64,000 nt of DNA, taken from Macrostomum lignano. Its lineage: Eukaryota. The stretch spans positions 18,535 to 82,534 of the forward strand of contig NIVC01000172.1 in assembly GCA_002269645.1 (NCBI GenBank), written 5' to 3'. A program made the position numbers and the translations under genes. This document shows, one piece after another, positions 12,210-25,199 of the stretch. Below the pieces are notes generated by a model. It was given only the letters and a program-made list of their open reading frames with translations. It had not been told where the DNA came from and made no database searches. Position 1 is the first letter of the stretch. Every line of letters begins with the position of its first letter.

Positions 12210-12431
12210 ACACAAGGACAACTAAAGCAACACAACGTATATACAGGATGCGACACTAACGTTTCATGGAATTAGTTTTGAAGGCCACTTTTCGCCGAAA
12301 ATACACTACGGAGATAGGAAGTCTTCGTTGTTTTAGCACAAAAATTGTTATTGCTTTCGATAGGAGGCAGAACCAATGTTAATCTTTTGATTTATTGTGC
12401 CTTTCTTATATCAGACAGCTCTATTGATATT

Positions 12432-13594
12432 TGATGGGTTTCGGCCTTTTCGGCTCCTTTGTGGAAGCCTTCGGGCCTCAGGTCTCAGAAATGAATCCAT
12501 TAGAGTCCTGGCCCCCCCACTCCTGTCAGATGGTCAGCCCCATGGTAGCTTGATCTGTGGCGAGCAGTCTAGGTCCTATAGCTAAGAGAGGGACAGCGAG
12601 AGACAAGCAGAGAATTTTGAAGGTAGAGATCAGCTAATCCGCAGATTAACTAACCCGCTGCCACCAGCCCGTGCGTTCTGGCTCACCAAACCGGAACTTT
12701 CGAAATCGGGCTTCCGACTAGAGGGGGCTTAGCACTTACCTGCCAACTAGTGTCTTTTTGCTGTCAATCTCGAAGTCATAGCCGATGTAGGGACACTGCA
12801 GGGACTGATCGCATTGGCCATGCAGGTACAGAGGGGACTCGTGCAGGGATTCTTGCAGTGGCGAGACTATGGGGTAGCTACATGTATTATTACATTGCTA
12901 AATACGAGGAATTGTACTTTTGGCCTTCAACGCCAACAAGCCTCTCGTAGAGCTGATGATAGCTAACTCGAACACTTCACACCTCAGATTAAATTGAGGC
13001 TTCGGACTACTAACAGTATTATTAATGATTTCTGGCTCAATAACAGCCTGTTGAACAAATGAGCAAAAGTGTGCGCCTAATTCCAGCTATTGAAATAGGG
13101 ACAGATAAGGAATCACCCAATCAAGCAAGTCTAGGTAGCCTCTCACCAACCAATCAAAAACTCAACAGCCGGAGACCAGGTAATCCACAGTGACCGAATC
13201 GGCTTAGTGCTTCGCAGCTGTAGGCCCGGATAATGCTGATGTCACAACCTTCGCAGATAGCTAGCAGGTGATGTCTTAATCTTGATGTTCGCTGCTGACG
13301 ACCGGGGGGATTCGACCTTGATGATGATGGGGGGAGTCGCGATCCGGGAATCAAGAGACGACGGTCGATCTCCGGGAGGTCTATGTTAGGCCAAAGTCCC
13401 AGGAGGCGGAGCAGGAGGTTGAGTACGAGCGGGCCAAAAACACCGGTTTAAATAGCCGCCAACTGGACCGCAATTTGTTATAATGGAATACCTCGACGCT
13501 GATTGGCTGAGCTGATTTGTTATAACGCACGTCGAATTTTCTGATTGGCTGAGCTTGTTGCCACCCAAACTCACGTGACCAGAATATCCTATCA
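12432..13594 (-). mobile_element. Possible solo-LTR-like insert with a Pol II promoter
   Basis: TGATGGG...CCTATCA imperfect inverted ends; two CTCAGCCAATCAG boxes (~13500-13555) and TATTTAAA (~13450) on the minus strand; no TSD seen. Confidence 0.35.
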
Positions 13595-13620
13595 GTTCCC
13601 TCGGGCCATTAAAATACGAC

Positions 13621-14001
13621 AGGTGCGGTCATAAATCACTCAAAATCGCTACATAATGATTTATGACCTTTCGCGTAGGAATTATAAAAATTAATGAAAA
13701 AATATACATCAGAAAGCTCTTATTAAATAGAAAGTGAAGATATTGAAGAGAAATCGCTAATCGCTAATCCCAACGTACTTTTAGGGGTAAAACGCATAGC
13801 TGTCAAAGCTGTCACACGCTTGAGTGAACACGAACAATAGGCCCTGACCTCATAAATCTTGATGGCCTGTCAAAATGATGAGAAATAAGCTACCGCCCGC
13901 ATCCTCTCAGACCATCTGGCGCCAGTCTCAGCACTGAGTGAGGCGGGGGTGGCTGTCAGACCAGCTCGAAGGCGATGATTTATGACCCAAAAGCCGCACC
14001 T
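13621..14001. mobile_element. ~380-bp MITE
   Basis: AGGTGCGG-TCATAAATCA at left, TGATTTATGACC...CCGCACCT at right. Confidence 0.6.
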
Positions 14002-15379
14002 ATGTTATTATAACTACAAGTATGGCAAAATCATATAACTACAAAAGTTCTACTAGTATGGATTCTAGGCAATTTACATAAAGAGAAAAATGCCCATAGC
14101 CTGCTGTTAGTAGGCTAGTAAGTTTGGAGCGTGAAGTTTGGAAAAAAGTGCGTCCTCATCATATTTATAAAGCATTTCGTTCAGAACTTTAGGATTAAAT
14201 GTTAATTTTTTTATTCTAGGTACATTCCCTGTGAGCAAAAATCGCATCGCACAGCTTGAATCTTTGTTTTTCTGAATCCATTTTATCATCTCTGTGACAC
14301 ATATTGTTACACAGTCAGCCAAAAAATGACGAAATAGATTCATAAAACCAATGATCGAGCCGAGCCGTGTCATTTTAATGGTTTTTAGGCACAGGAGATT
14401 TGCAATTGTATGTACATGTAGAATAAAAAGTAACATAGAATCCCAATTTTCTGAACAAAAAGCTTTATGAATATCAATAGAGCTGTAATAAAGGCACAAC
14501 ATATTAAACGATGAACGCTGGGTCCGCCTCCTATCGAAAACAGTAACAATTTTTGTGCTGAAAAAATGCTAACCTTCTATCTCCGTTGTGTATTTTTCAA
14601 TGAAAAGTGGCTTTCAGAACATTTTCCATAGATTTCGAGTGTTGCGTTCTTCTACTTTAGTAGTCCTTGTCTAAAACAAATTCCCTGACTACTGCTGTCT
14701 CAGTAGACACTATAGTTTGCAATTCTGTCAATAACAAAGTTATGTGCACACATTGATTGCGTAGTCGTATCGCTTTAACTCAATATTTAAGAAATTAATT
14801 TGAAGGTCAAAAATTGCTTGAAAGCGTACAAGAGAGACAGCAATTATCCTGCTTTCTTGCCCTATTTCGATAAGTGTATAAAAGCTTTCTACTCTTATTT
14901 TCGAGCATGCAATCGGCGGTGCAGAAGCAGGCAGTAACAAAAGGAATTGAGTTTGCCGCAGAAAAAAGGTTGGATCGGATGCGTGCACTTTGCTTTGTTA
15001 AATAGTCTTGTCGGGAATAAGAAAAATTATAAAATATCAGACGCAAAAAAATCCTTAAAATACTTTGAATACTACTGCCAGGCTTCAAAGTGAGTAGCTG
15101 GATAGCATTTATTGCGCATATGTTTACGAGCTCCTATGAAGATAAAATAGTACAAAATTGACGATAAAAATATTGAAAAAATCAACCGAACTTGCAAATC
15201 GAAAACAAAACTCAAGTAGCAGTCAAGGACAGAGAAATCACAAAGTCGCTGATTTTTTAATGTTAGCCTAATTCTGATTCTAATTTTGTACAGTCCGCGG
15301 CTGTTTCAGAAGCCTGTGCACGATAACTTTTGCCAGGACGAAGGCGTTGCGCCAGGGTAGTTCTAATTACACAGTTGCT

Positions 15380-15929
15380 CAAAGGACTACTCGTCCGTCC
15401 AGTAAAAGCTGGACGGGAAATTACGTTTCTTGGAAAATTTTAGACAGCAGATTTTACCGAAAAAATACATCTTTTGATGCGAGCGTATCTTGCCTTTCTT
15501 ATAGCTCTATTCATATTCATAAAGCTTTTCGTTCAGAAAATTAGGATTCTACGAAGGCTGTCTCAAATTAGTGTTACTTTTCATTATATCTCTCGTTCTA
15601 ATGATTCAAAAAATATCATTTTGCACAATTTTACAGCGGCAACTTTCTTCTTTATATTAACTTTAGCATTTTTTAAACCAGACAATTGAAACAAAAGTTA
15701 TAAACTAAAATGTAGCAGGAGCTCCAATCCTCGAATCTCGAGCTATAAAAAGGGCAAGACACATCAAAAGATGAGCATTGTGTCTGCCTGCTATCAAAAG
15801 CAATAAAAATTTTTGTGCTGAAAAACTTAAAATCTTGCAGCTATCTCCGTAATGTATTTTTTCGGCAAAATCTGCCTCCGAAAAGTTTCCAAGAATCGCA
15901 GTTTTTTCGTCCTACTTGAGTAGCCCTTG
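15380..15929. mobile_element. CAAGG-TIR family copy 2 (~550 bp)
   Basis: CAAAGGACTACTC...TTTCTTGGAAAATTTT...TTACCGAAAAAATAC is inverted against GTATTTTTTCGGCAAA...TTTCCAAGAA...GAGTAGCCCTTG. Confidence 0.75.
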
Positions 15930-16136
15930 GTTTGTTCCTGTCCAGTCTCGATTGCTTGTTTCCAAAAATAATCATATTTTTCTAAACTTAATCGGCAACA
16001 AACTTGTAGATCAACACCGACTATTTACACAATGAGAAATTGTAAATTTAACTTCGAAATGTCCAAAAAACTACCTTCTCTCTTATTCTTACAGCCAGGC
16101 CGTTGAACGGCCATTCGTCACAAATAAGTTTAACAC

Positions 16137-19100
16137 TCAGCCGACCAAGTCAGTCCGGTCGGCCGTCCGTAGGTACAGCGCCCGCTTCCACTGTCCTTCG
16201 TTGGCTGGCTCTGCCGCCTCGGCCAGCCGGAAGTGGTTGCCGGTCGTGACGCTCTCCGGCAGGTTCCTGTCAGCCAGCCGCCTATAGCTGTCAGCCGTGT
16301 CAGCGCTCAGCCGGTCGTCCAGGAACACCAGGATTCGCCGCGTCACTCGCGTCACCTGCTGCAGCTCGATCAGATTGTCTAGCAGGCGTCGGTTATCATG
16401 GTTGTCTTCCTGGAACCAGCGCGCCATGGAGGGTGTCAGCAGGATGACGAACTGACGCGTGCACTTGAGAAACCGAGGCTTGGCGGCTTCGGAAGCGCCG
16501 GCCAGTACGCGCTCGAAAGTGTCGGGAAAAGCGTTGACCAGCGACTGCTGGCAGGAGGCCAACAGCAGGCGGCGGCTGGAGCACTCAGCGATGATGGCGC
16601 GCAGAAGGGCGTCAGCGCTGGCTTCCTCTGGTGCTGCCGGTAGCGCCAGCAGCAGCACGTCGCAGCCGTATCCGCCCGAGTGAGGCGGCCATTCTGGAAG
16701 CGGCTGCTGCCCGGGCTGCGTCAGCTGGCCTGCGATGGGAGAAAAATTGTTTTCAGTAAATTTAAATATGGGTGAAAGGCTTGGGCAGGGCAATGGTGAG
16801 GATATTTCATCGGGAGGAAGCGCCAGCACCAGGGGCACCAGCACCAGGGGCGCCAGCACCAGGGGCGCCAGCGCCAGGGGCGCCAGCACCAGGGGCGCCA
16901 GAACCAGGGGCGCCAGTGCTGTCGTATAGGTTTTTTACAGCTCTTTGCTTCCTTGTTGTCAGGAATTTTTAGTACATTTTAAGTGTCTTGGAAGGTTGAT
17001 TGATTGGCCGTCAGCTTAAAAACGAGTCCATAGAACTAGCATATTGAATTCTAGTAGCCATTTATAAATACGTCTATTTTAGTTTTATCCACCCGTCTGC
17101 CTCACTGGCCAGGTCCATTGCGCAGACGTCACCCAATAGGGAGGCTCCCTCCCGGCTTCCGGTAGCGGTCGCGGCAGCCATCTCGTCCGTCTCCTCGTCG
17201 TTGGTCGCCTCGCCGCCCGGAGACAGGAACGCCTTCAGTGCCGGACCGGCCGCGACAGCGCGATTGAATTTGGCCCGACAGACCAGCGAAGCCACCTTGT
17301 ACTCCCAGTCGATGCTGCCGTGCTTCACGGACCGGCTGAACAGAGCGGCGACCGCGCCGGAGACCTGGCGACCGTAGGAGTGTCGCAGTTGCTCGTGCTC
17401 GCTGGACACGCCGCGGGAGAGCTTCAGTAGCACGATGTAGTCGGCAGGGTTGCGACCGCTGGCTGAAATTTCGCTGACCGCCTGCAGCAGGTCGTGGAAG
17501 CCGGAGTGAAGAAACCGCTTGGACAACAGGACTACAACGGTGCGACTGAACCGGACGCCGTCCGAAACGGACTCGAAGCGAGTCTGCTGCATGAACCCGC
17601 TGCCCCTGTGCACGGCGTAGTCCATCGAGTGCGAGCTGCTCAGTCGGTAGAATCGGAACGCCGAGTCCAGATCGCGGAGCACCCCGACCAGTGTGGACTC
17701 ATCCTGACGAATGTTCGGAGTACGAGTACGTATGAGTACGTACGGAGTACGTATGAATGCCCATATTGATACGAAATCTTACCTGTTGATCGGCCAGAAA
17801 GAAGACGTCAAACTCGAATTCGTCGCCATTACCGCAGCGAGCAAGAGCTCCGGCTTCGCTGGAGTCCATTAGCCGTTTTCTTTGCATGTACTTTAGGATG
17901 AAGAACATTTCAACCGCTCCGTACACTTTGTGCCGCTTGGTAATCAGCGCTAGAAGCAGAAGACTGCCAAGGATTGAGGCTACGGTAATCAGCATCCACT
18001 TGACCGTGGCTTGACGCATCGCTTCCTGATAGGTTTCCATGGCGGCGCAGAGCTTACGAAGTTTTCCTCCATCATCGACTGAGTAGGGCGCGCTCAAGTT
18101 TAACGGAAGTCCCTTGTTGCTCCAACCGGAATTCAAGAACTCTCTGTACGCCTTATTGAACTCTGAGTCATTGAAGCTGCAACTGATGAGACTGAAGTCG
18201 CTAACAAACTGCCCGGCTACAGATATGTTGATGAGCTGCTGCTGGAAGGTGAGCCACTCAGAGCGGCACGAGCACACCCACGCATTGCCGCGCAAAGTCA
18301 AGTTTGAAAGTCGGCTAAACGATTTGAAGATGTTCATATCGAATGGTCGGATGAGATTGCTGCTCAAATCGAGAGTCGAAAGCGTCTTCTCCAGGCCGGA
18401 GAATGTAAACTGACTAATTATTCGCAGTCGGTTTCCCCTTAGTTCCAGCACCTCGATGTTGTACTGGGTTCCGTATCTAGTCAAGTTGAAGGCGTGATCT
18501 TCGATCTCCAAGATGTGGCTATAGCACATGCTGAGGTAGCGCAGCTTCGTCGAAGGTGACTCCTTGCCCTTCGCCCATCGGAGCATGCCAACTGAGAACT
18601 TGCCAGCAATGCCAATCATTGAGATCCTGTTTAGCGACAGCTTCTTCACCGGTATTCGGATAGGAAAGTTGAACGGATCGGCGTGCATGTTGTCGCAGTT
18701 GATGTCAGCGTAGGACCAGTCGCGAGAGTGCCAGCACAGGCAGGAGCTGATGCACCTGGTACGGCATCCCGTGCTTGAGTTCTTAAAACAGTACCTTCTA
18801 GGCACTTCAACCTCAATGTAGCCATAGTAGGGACAAATAAAGTTACTTGGCCTGGATGCTCTCAAACTTTTATTTGTTTTTTGGGTAACATTCTCGTGCA
18901 TGAAAAATTCACAGTGGTAGTCCCTGGTCTCATTGTATGAGAACTGCGGATATTTGTACACTTCTGAGCACGCTTTCGTATGCTTCTGAAGCTCGATTTC
19001 TGAAACAGCATAAACGTGGTTACAGGTGCACAGCTGGGTTACTTTCTGTCCAGATATGTACAGCATAACCCTGGAGGCTTGGTTAGTCCTATTGCTCATC

Positions 19101-20921
19101 ATGAAGTAGTCGGCATTCCAAACTTTGATGCTGTTGCTTCTCAAGTCCAGGCTGCGCAGGCTGGTGAGGTTTACAAAACAGCCGCAGTCAATGTCGCTAA
19201 TCAGGTTGTCATTCAGCCCAATAAAAGTAAGAAAAGGTGACTGAGGAATGCTCCGGAGAGAAATCACTTTGAGATCATTGTTCCGAACCCAAAGTTTCTC
19301 CAAGCGGGCCAGCGACGCAAGCTCAAAGCTCTGCAACCAGTTATAATCGAGGTTTAGCTCCACGAGACTCGAAGGAAGTAGCGAATTCTTGAATGCCATC
19401 GCATTTAGAGACTTGATCCGGTTGTGCGACAGATCCAGGTATTGAAGATTTACCTAGAATAGGAATTGTAAATGCAGCACATGGCTATATCGTAAGTAGA
19501 GCACTAAAGCAACTTCTGGTTGCCAGTTGGGATTTTCTGACACGGTATTACGCGTACACGGATACATGTATGTGCAAAGAGCCCCGTGACCACCACTCTA
19601 TGCCCTGGAGGAGTCCTCCTACTCTTAGGTGATAAAACACACAAGCCCCAGGCCAGAATTCCCTGCTTGATTTCAAGGTCAGAAGGCGTGACATTATGCA
19701 AAAACTTACTTCAAACCACGGCGAAACGACCCCGATAAACGGGATTCGATTGTAGGACAGGTCCAGCTTTCTCAGGCTGTCCTTGGGCCCGCGAAACCAG
19801 TAGCACCGGGCCAATTCGTAAGAAGGCGGCCAGCACATGTCGTAGTCGTACAGGCTTGAAATCTCATTGTGGCTCAAATCTAATTCGCGAAGATTGCCAA
19901 GTAGGGAGACTAAATTGGGTATTTTAGTGAGCCGGTTGTAGGAGAAGTTCAGAGTGGCTAGCTGGCTGGGTATCAGCTCCCACTTCTCGGACTCTGCAGA
20001 TTCGTCACGAATGCGCCGCTTGGCAAAGCTGAACGTGAAGCCGCCTCCGGTGGTGCTTTCGTCGCTAGCCTTGAATAGCATCTTCTGCCAGGTGAACCGG
20101 CCGTACTGCTTCTTCAGGCGCACCAGCCAGTCCGTTTCGTTGCGTAGGGGCACCGTGCCATTGGCAATAGCGTCATCCAGGTAATGATTCAACGAGTCCA
20201 AAACTATGTCGTAGATATTCTCGGCCGCCTCGGTCAGGTTGGAATGGCTCACAGTGAATTGCTGTAGGGACATTGCTCCAACCATGTTCGACACGCTAAT
20301 CACGTTCAGGGGAGTATCGATGAGCTGCATATTGACCAGGTTGAAGCACTTCATATTGAGATAGATTGGGAAGTACACGACAATGCAGCTGCGCAGAACC
20401 AGAGACATGAGCTTGCAGCTGCTGGGCTTGAAACTGCTGGTGTTGTACTCGAGCCTCTCCGTGTACTGAGCCGCCAGTCGCGGCTTTATCGGGCCGAACA
20501 TCGCCAGCTCGACGCTCTCGTGCGTGCTGACGTTTTCGTGGATCAGCTGGCCGAAGCTGAGTAAGTCGAAGTGAATTCTACAGCCGATCAGCTCGACGTG
20601 GTAAGGCGGATAGAAGTGCTCGTGCCGGAATGTCATCTCGTGCAGGTCGATCTCGCTGCTGAGGGTGAAGTTGCCGCAGTCGATGGACAGGCTGGATATA
20701 ATCTTGAATGGCAGCTCCTTGCAGTCGAAACCAACGGCGCTGGAGTTCTTCGCTTCAAGCAGGCGGCAGCGAACATTTTTGCTGGCCAGCTCTTGCTGGC
20801 AAATGCAAGCCACTCTGGTATCGTTCAGGCGCACGTACAGCGGCGTAGGAGCGTCATCAGCGGTGTCGTCTAAAGCAGCCGAGGCTGCTATCAATACGAA
20901 AACCAAAGTCAGTGTTCTCAT
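16137..20921 (-). CDS. Toll-like receptor, multi-cysteine-cluster type, ~1357 aa, with a TIR and a second TIR-like domain
   Basis: Exons 20921-19710, 19453-17783, 17703-17106, 16729-16137; GT-AG sites with matching phases 0, 0, 1. Signal peptide, LRRs (LATLNFSYNRLTKIP, LQYLDLSHNRI), internal Cys clusters (LCTC...CPY...CISSCLC), LRRCT GNAWVCSC, TM WMLITVASILGSLLLLALIT, TIR FDVFFL...SRTVVVLLSKRFLHS. Confidence 0.88.
16820..16918. repeat. 15-bp GC-rich repeat (GGGGCGCCAGCACCA) in TLR intron 3
   Basis: About 6 tandem units read directly. Confidence 0.85.
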
Positions 20922-21490
20922 CACTGAGGGCCGGGTTTAGCAGAAGCGGTTTGCTATCGCAGAAAATATGATCTATTCATTTATATGTTTTAAGCTGGCA
21001 GCCAAAGTTTATATCTTGCAGCCTGAGGTTGATAAATAATCGAGCCACTATTGCACTGTTTATAGCAGTCGTGTAGATTCCATGCGAAGCCCCCAGTCTG
21101 AGACAGACATGCTGCCGGAAGAGCCGCAGGTTGCAGTTCGTTTCGTCAGATTTTGTCTCGCAATGTTCCATAGCGACAAGCAATATATACTTGCGACTGC
21201 ACTGGCACATTCTGCAGCCCCTTGTAAACTTTATGACGAATTTGTTAGTGTCTTGTTTCTAATTTTAAAGCTAGTTCAGCTCTGGCAGAACTAGCATGAA
21301 ATTATTTTTATCAGTTCGAATTTGCTGGCTGAAGCAGCAGCTTCCAGTGATGAGCAAATCTCGTGCGACTTATTTCACAGGCAAGTCTTAGTCTCAATGC
21401 CAAGTTTACATTACAAATGGATCCAGGCAGAGGGGTGGGCGATCACCCAACCCAAACGAGACAGAGCATACACACGCGTTGGGGGGGGGG

Positions 21491-21538
21491 GGCTTTCAGT
21501 CGTGAGTTCGACGCTCTAACCACTAGACTGCAACCCCC
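21491..21538 (-). mobile_element. SINE family A, 5' head fragment
   Basis: CTTTCAGTCGTGAGTTCGACGCTCTAACCACTAGACTGCAACCCCC is the reverse complement of the 9452 head. Confidence 0.75.
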
Positions 21539-21807
21539 TAAAAGTATAACTACAGCTAAAACACATTTTAGAAGCAATGTCGAAGCAAAACTCGGACACC
21601 TTTCCCAAATTTTTATTGAGGCTTCGCAGAAAGTACTCGGATTACATGTACATCAGAAGTACATCATTGTAGCTCGGACAATTTCAAATTTGCGATGGAC
21701 TCCGATAAACTGAACAAGTGCAATAAAAATTGACTGTCAGCCCGCACTGTACTTATATTCAGGGTGCAGCACAAATATGAATTGTCAATCCGGTGACGCA
21801 GCACCGG

Positions 21808-24804
21808 TCAGTACCACATGGGCCACCACATCAGCGGCGAGAACAGCAGGGCTCCGGTGGCGAAGCCCAGGGCCGCGTCACCGGCGCAGCAGGAGTGACA
21901 GCCGTAGCAGCTGTGCCGGTTGCAGTAGGGCGGCCTGCCGTCGTCGTACACAACGATGGTGTTGCCATCTGGATGGTAGATCACCTGCGCCGGCACCTGG
22001 CGGCCGTTCTCAACGTAGACGACTCGTTCCCGACGGTAGGGCGAGTCGCCGTTCGTGTAGGCCGGCGGCGGCGAGAACCGGCCGGGCTGGGGGCGAACCT
22101 GGCGACCGCTGGCCACGGCCTCCGTCCAGGCCACCCGATCGTCGGTGTTCTCGGCGCAGAACTCCCAGGTCTTCTCCGGCGTCTCCAGGGCGAACAGAGC
22201 GTCAACCGGGGCGCCGTCTGGCGGCGAGACGTTGCATTTGTCGCCAACTAGGACTCGCTGCACCTGGAAATGATTTCACGAAGGCTGAGGCAACTCTGCC
22301 CATTCCGCAGACTCCTGGGCACGCACTCACACACACGCTCACACAGGGTGTACATCCGCCTTAGGGGTCGGCCCTCATAAGTTTCCCCTCTTGGTATAGT
22401 TAGCACAATAATGACTATTGACTATAAATGTTAGGCCAAAAAGTTACTACCCAAGCCATATATTCTAGAAAACAACTGTGCCAAAAGCCGGGCTGACAGC
22501 ACCTCCAGCGGCAGCACTATGGTGTCCTCGGCGGTGCCGCTTCGCGGCGACTCGAAGTAGCTCAGATCGCCGTTGCAGTCGATCACCACCCAGCTGCGCT
22601 TCCAGCGGCGTAGAAAGTCACCTGGTCAAAGGAGCGCCAGCGAGACAAAGTTTTTGAGGACAACTCAACAGGCTTTGACAGATTTTTAGATCGTGTAAGT
22701 TTTGAAGGCTTATTAAATAACAAGAAAGCAATATGCAAAATTAAAATGATAGTTATCGTTTCTGCCGCAGATCAAATGCAATTATTGATTTTTGAAATAA
22801 TGATGGAATATTGATTTGCTATCTCCGCAGTGCAATTTTTATAGGAAATCGGCCTGTGGATTGCAACCAAGAGACAGGGACTCCAACCAAGAGACAGGGA
22901 CTCCAACCAAGAGACAGGGATTCCAACCAAGAGACAGGGACTCCAACCAAGAGACAGGGATTCCAACCAAGAGACAGGGATTCCAACCAAGAGACATGGA
23001 TTCCAACCAAGAGACAGGGATTCCAACCAAGAGACAGGGATTCCAACCAAGAGACAGGGACTCCAACCAAGAGACAGGGACTCCAACCAAGAGACAGGGA
23101 CTCCAACCAAGAGACAGGGACTCCAACCAAGAGACAGGGATTCCAACCAAGAGACAGGGACTCCAACCAAGAGACAGGGATTCCAACCAAGAGACAGGGA
23201 TTCCAACCAAGAGACAGGGATTCCAACCAAGAGACAGGGATTCCAACCAAGAGACAGGGATTCCAACCAAGAGACAGGGATTCCAACCAAGAGACAGGGA
23301 TTCCAACCAAGAGACAGGGATTCCAACCAAGAGACATGGATTCCAACCAAGAGACAGGGATTCCAACCAAGAGACAGGGATTCCAACCAAGAGACAGGGA
23401 TTCCAACCAAGAGACAGGGATTCCAACCAAGAGACAGGGATTCCAACCAAGAGACAGGGATTCCAACCAAGAGACAGGGACTCCAATCAAGAGACAGGGA
23501 TTCCAACCAAGAGACAGGGACTCCAACCAAGAGACAGGGACTCCAACCAAGAGACAGGGATTCCAACCAAGAGACAGGGATTCCAACCAAGAGACAGGGA
23601 CTCCAACCAAGAGACAGGGATTCCAACCAAGAGACAGGGACTCCAACCAAGAGACAGGGATTCCAACCAAGAGACAGGGATTCCAACCAAGAGACAGGGA
23701 TTCCAACCAAGAGACAGGGATTCCAACCAAGAGACAGGGATTCCAACCAAGAGACAGGGATTCCAACCAAGAGACATGGATTCCAACCAAGAGACAGGGA
23801 TTCCAACCAAGAGACAGGGATTCCAACCAAGAGACAGGGATTCCAACCAAGAGACAGGGATTCCAACCAAGAGACAGGGATTCCAACCAAGAGACAGGGA
23901 TTCCAACCAAGAGACAGGGATTCCAACCAAGAGACAGGGATTCCAACCAAGAGACAGGGATTCCAACCAAGAGACAGGGACTCCAACCAAGAGACAGGGA
24001 TTCCAACCAAGAGACAGGGACTCCAACCAAGAGACAGGGACTCCAACCAAGAGACAGGGATTCCAACCAAGAGACAGGGACTCCAACCAAGAGACAGGGA
24101 CTCCAACCAAGAGACAGGGATTCCAACCAAGAGACAGGGACTCCAACCAAGAGACAGGGATTCCAACCAAGAGACAGGGATTCCAACCAAGAGACAGGGA
24201 CTCCAACCAAGAGACAGGGATTCCAACCAAGAGACAGGGATTCCAACCAAGAGACAGGGACTCCAACCAAGAGACAGGGACTTCAACCAAGAGACAGGGA
24301 TTCCATCCAAGAGACAGGGATTCCAACCAAGAGACAAGGACCAACCAAGAGACAGGGATTCCAACCAAGAGACAAGGACCAACCAAGAGACAGGGACTCC
24401 AACCAAGAGACAGGGACTTCAACCAAGAGACAGGGATTCCATCCAAGAGACAGGGATTCCAACCAAGAGACAAGGACCAACCAAGAGACAGGGATTCCAA
24501 CCAAGAGACAGGGATTCCATCCAAGAGACAGGGACTCCAACCAAGAGACAAGGACCAACCAAGAGACAGGGACTCCAACCAAGAGACAGGGATTCCAACC
24601 AAGAGACAGGGATTCCAACCAAGAGACAGGGGGCGCCTACCAAGAGCCAAATACTGGCGCTGCTTAGGGCGCCTCTCCAATTAAAACTCTGGTCGATAAA
24701 GCACTCAAGAAAACTCAACTTTAAAATCGCAGTTCCGATAGAGTAAACTCACTTTTTCGAAACAGCCAGCCAGACTTCAGAATCCTGTCGTTACACGACG
24801 CCAT
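21808..24804 (-). CDS. PLEKHB: PH-domain protein, PLEKHB/evectin-like, 208 aa, 3 coding exons
   Basis: Exons 24804-24753, 22621-22503, 22263-21808 (phases 1, 0). ILKSGWLFRKSDFLRRWKRSW...FCAENTDDRVAW and C-terminal GDAALGFATGALLFSPLMWW match evectins. Confidence 0.88.
22860..24630. repeat. 20-bp minisatellite CCAACCAAGAGACAGGGATT (~88 units) in PLEKHB intron 1
   Basis: Read directly; the 480-620-aa ORFs here are repeat translations. Confidence 0.97.
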
Positions 24805-25199
24805 CGAACTTTCGATTTCAAGAGTATCTCTAGCTTTAAAAATAATCTTTTGACTTTACCTTGCTTGGCTGGTAAGCAACTTAATATACTTGGCAGAAGT
24901 TCCAGTTAAGGGGAAGAGAGAGTAGGGAGGTTATAGAAACTTATGGAATGCAGCACAGGCTGTGACTGGAACTGGAACGAGCGTGAGTGTAAACGCATGT
25001 CCCCTTATCCAATGTGGCACTGGCTTCGATCGCAAAGGGATACGAAGCATTGTCTTATTTCACATAATATTGTCGAAATACTTTATTGATTTTCATTTCT
25101 GCTTCTCGAGTTGAAGTGCTCCGTACACTGCGGTACCATGTGACACTTGCAAAGAATGATTGCAATACAGAAAAGATTGATAGAATGAGCGATTCTCGA

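Larger units (their letters stand above)
12213..14669. mobile_element. Composite non-autonomous DNA transposon with long CAAGG...CCTTG inverted termini (hAT or P type)
   Basis: 12213-12380 is the reverse complement of ~14520-14669 (CAAGGACAACTAAAG / CTTTAGTAGTCCTTG; ACTACGGAGATAG; AGCACAAAAATTGTTA). TSD not convincing. Confidence 0.7.

Noticed and set aside
22772-24684. Long ORFs (397-622 aa) on both strands
   Set aside because: They are translations of a 20-bp tandem array lying in PLEKHB intron 1.
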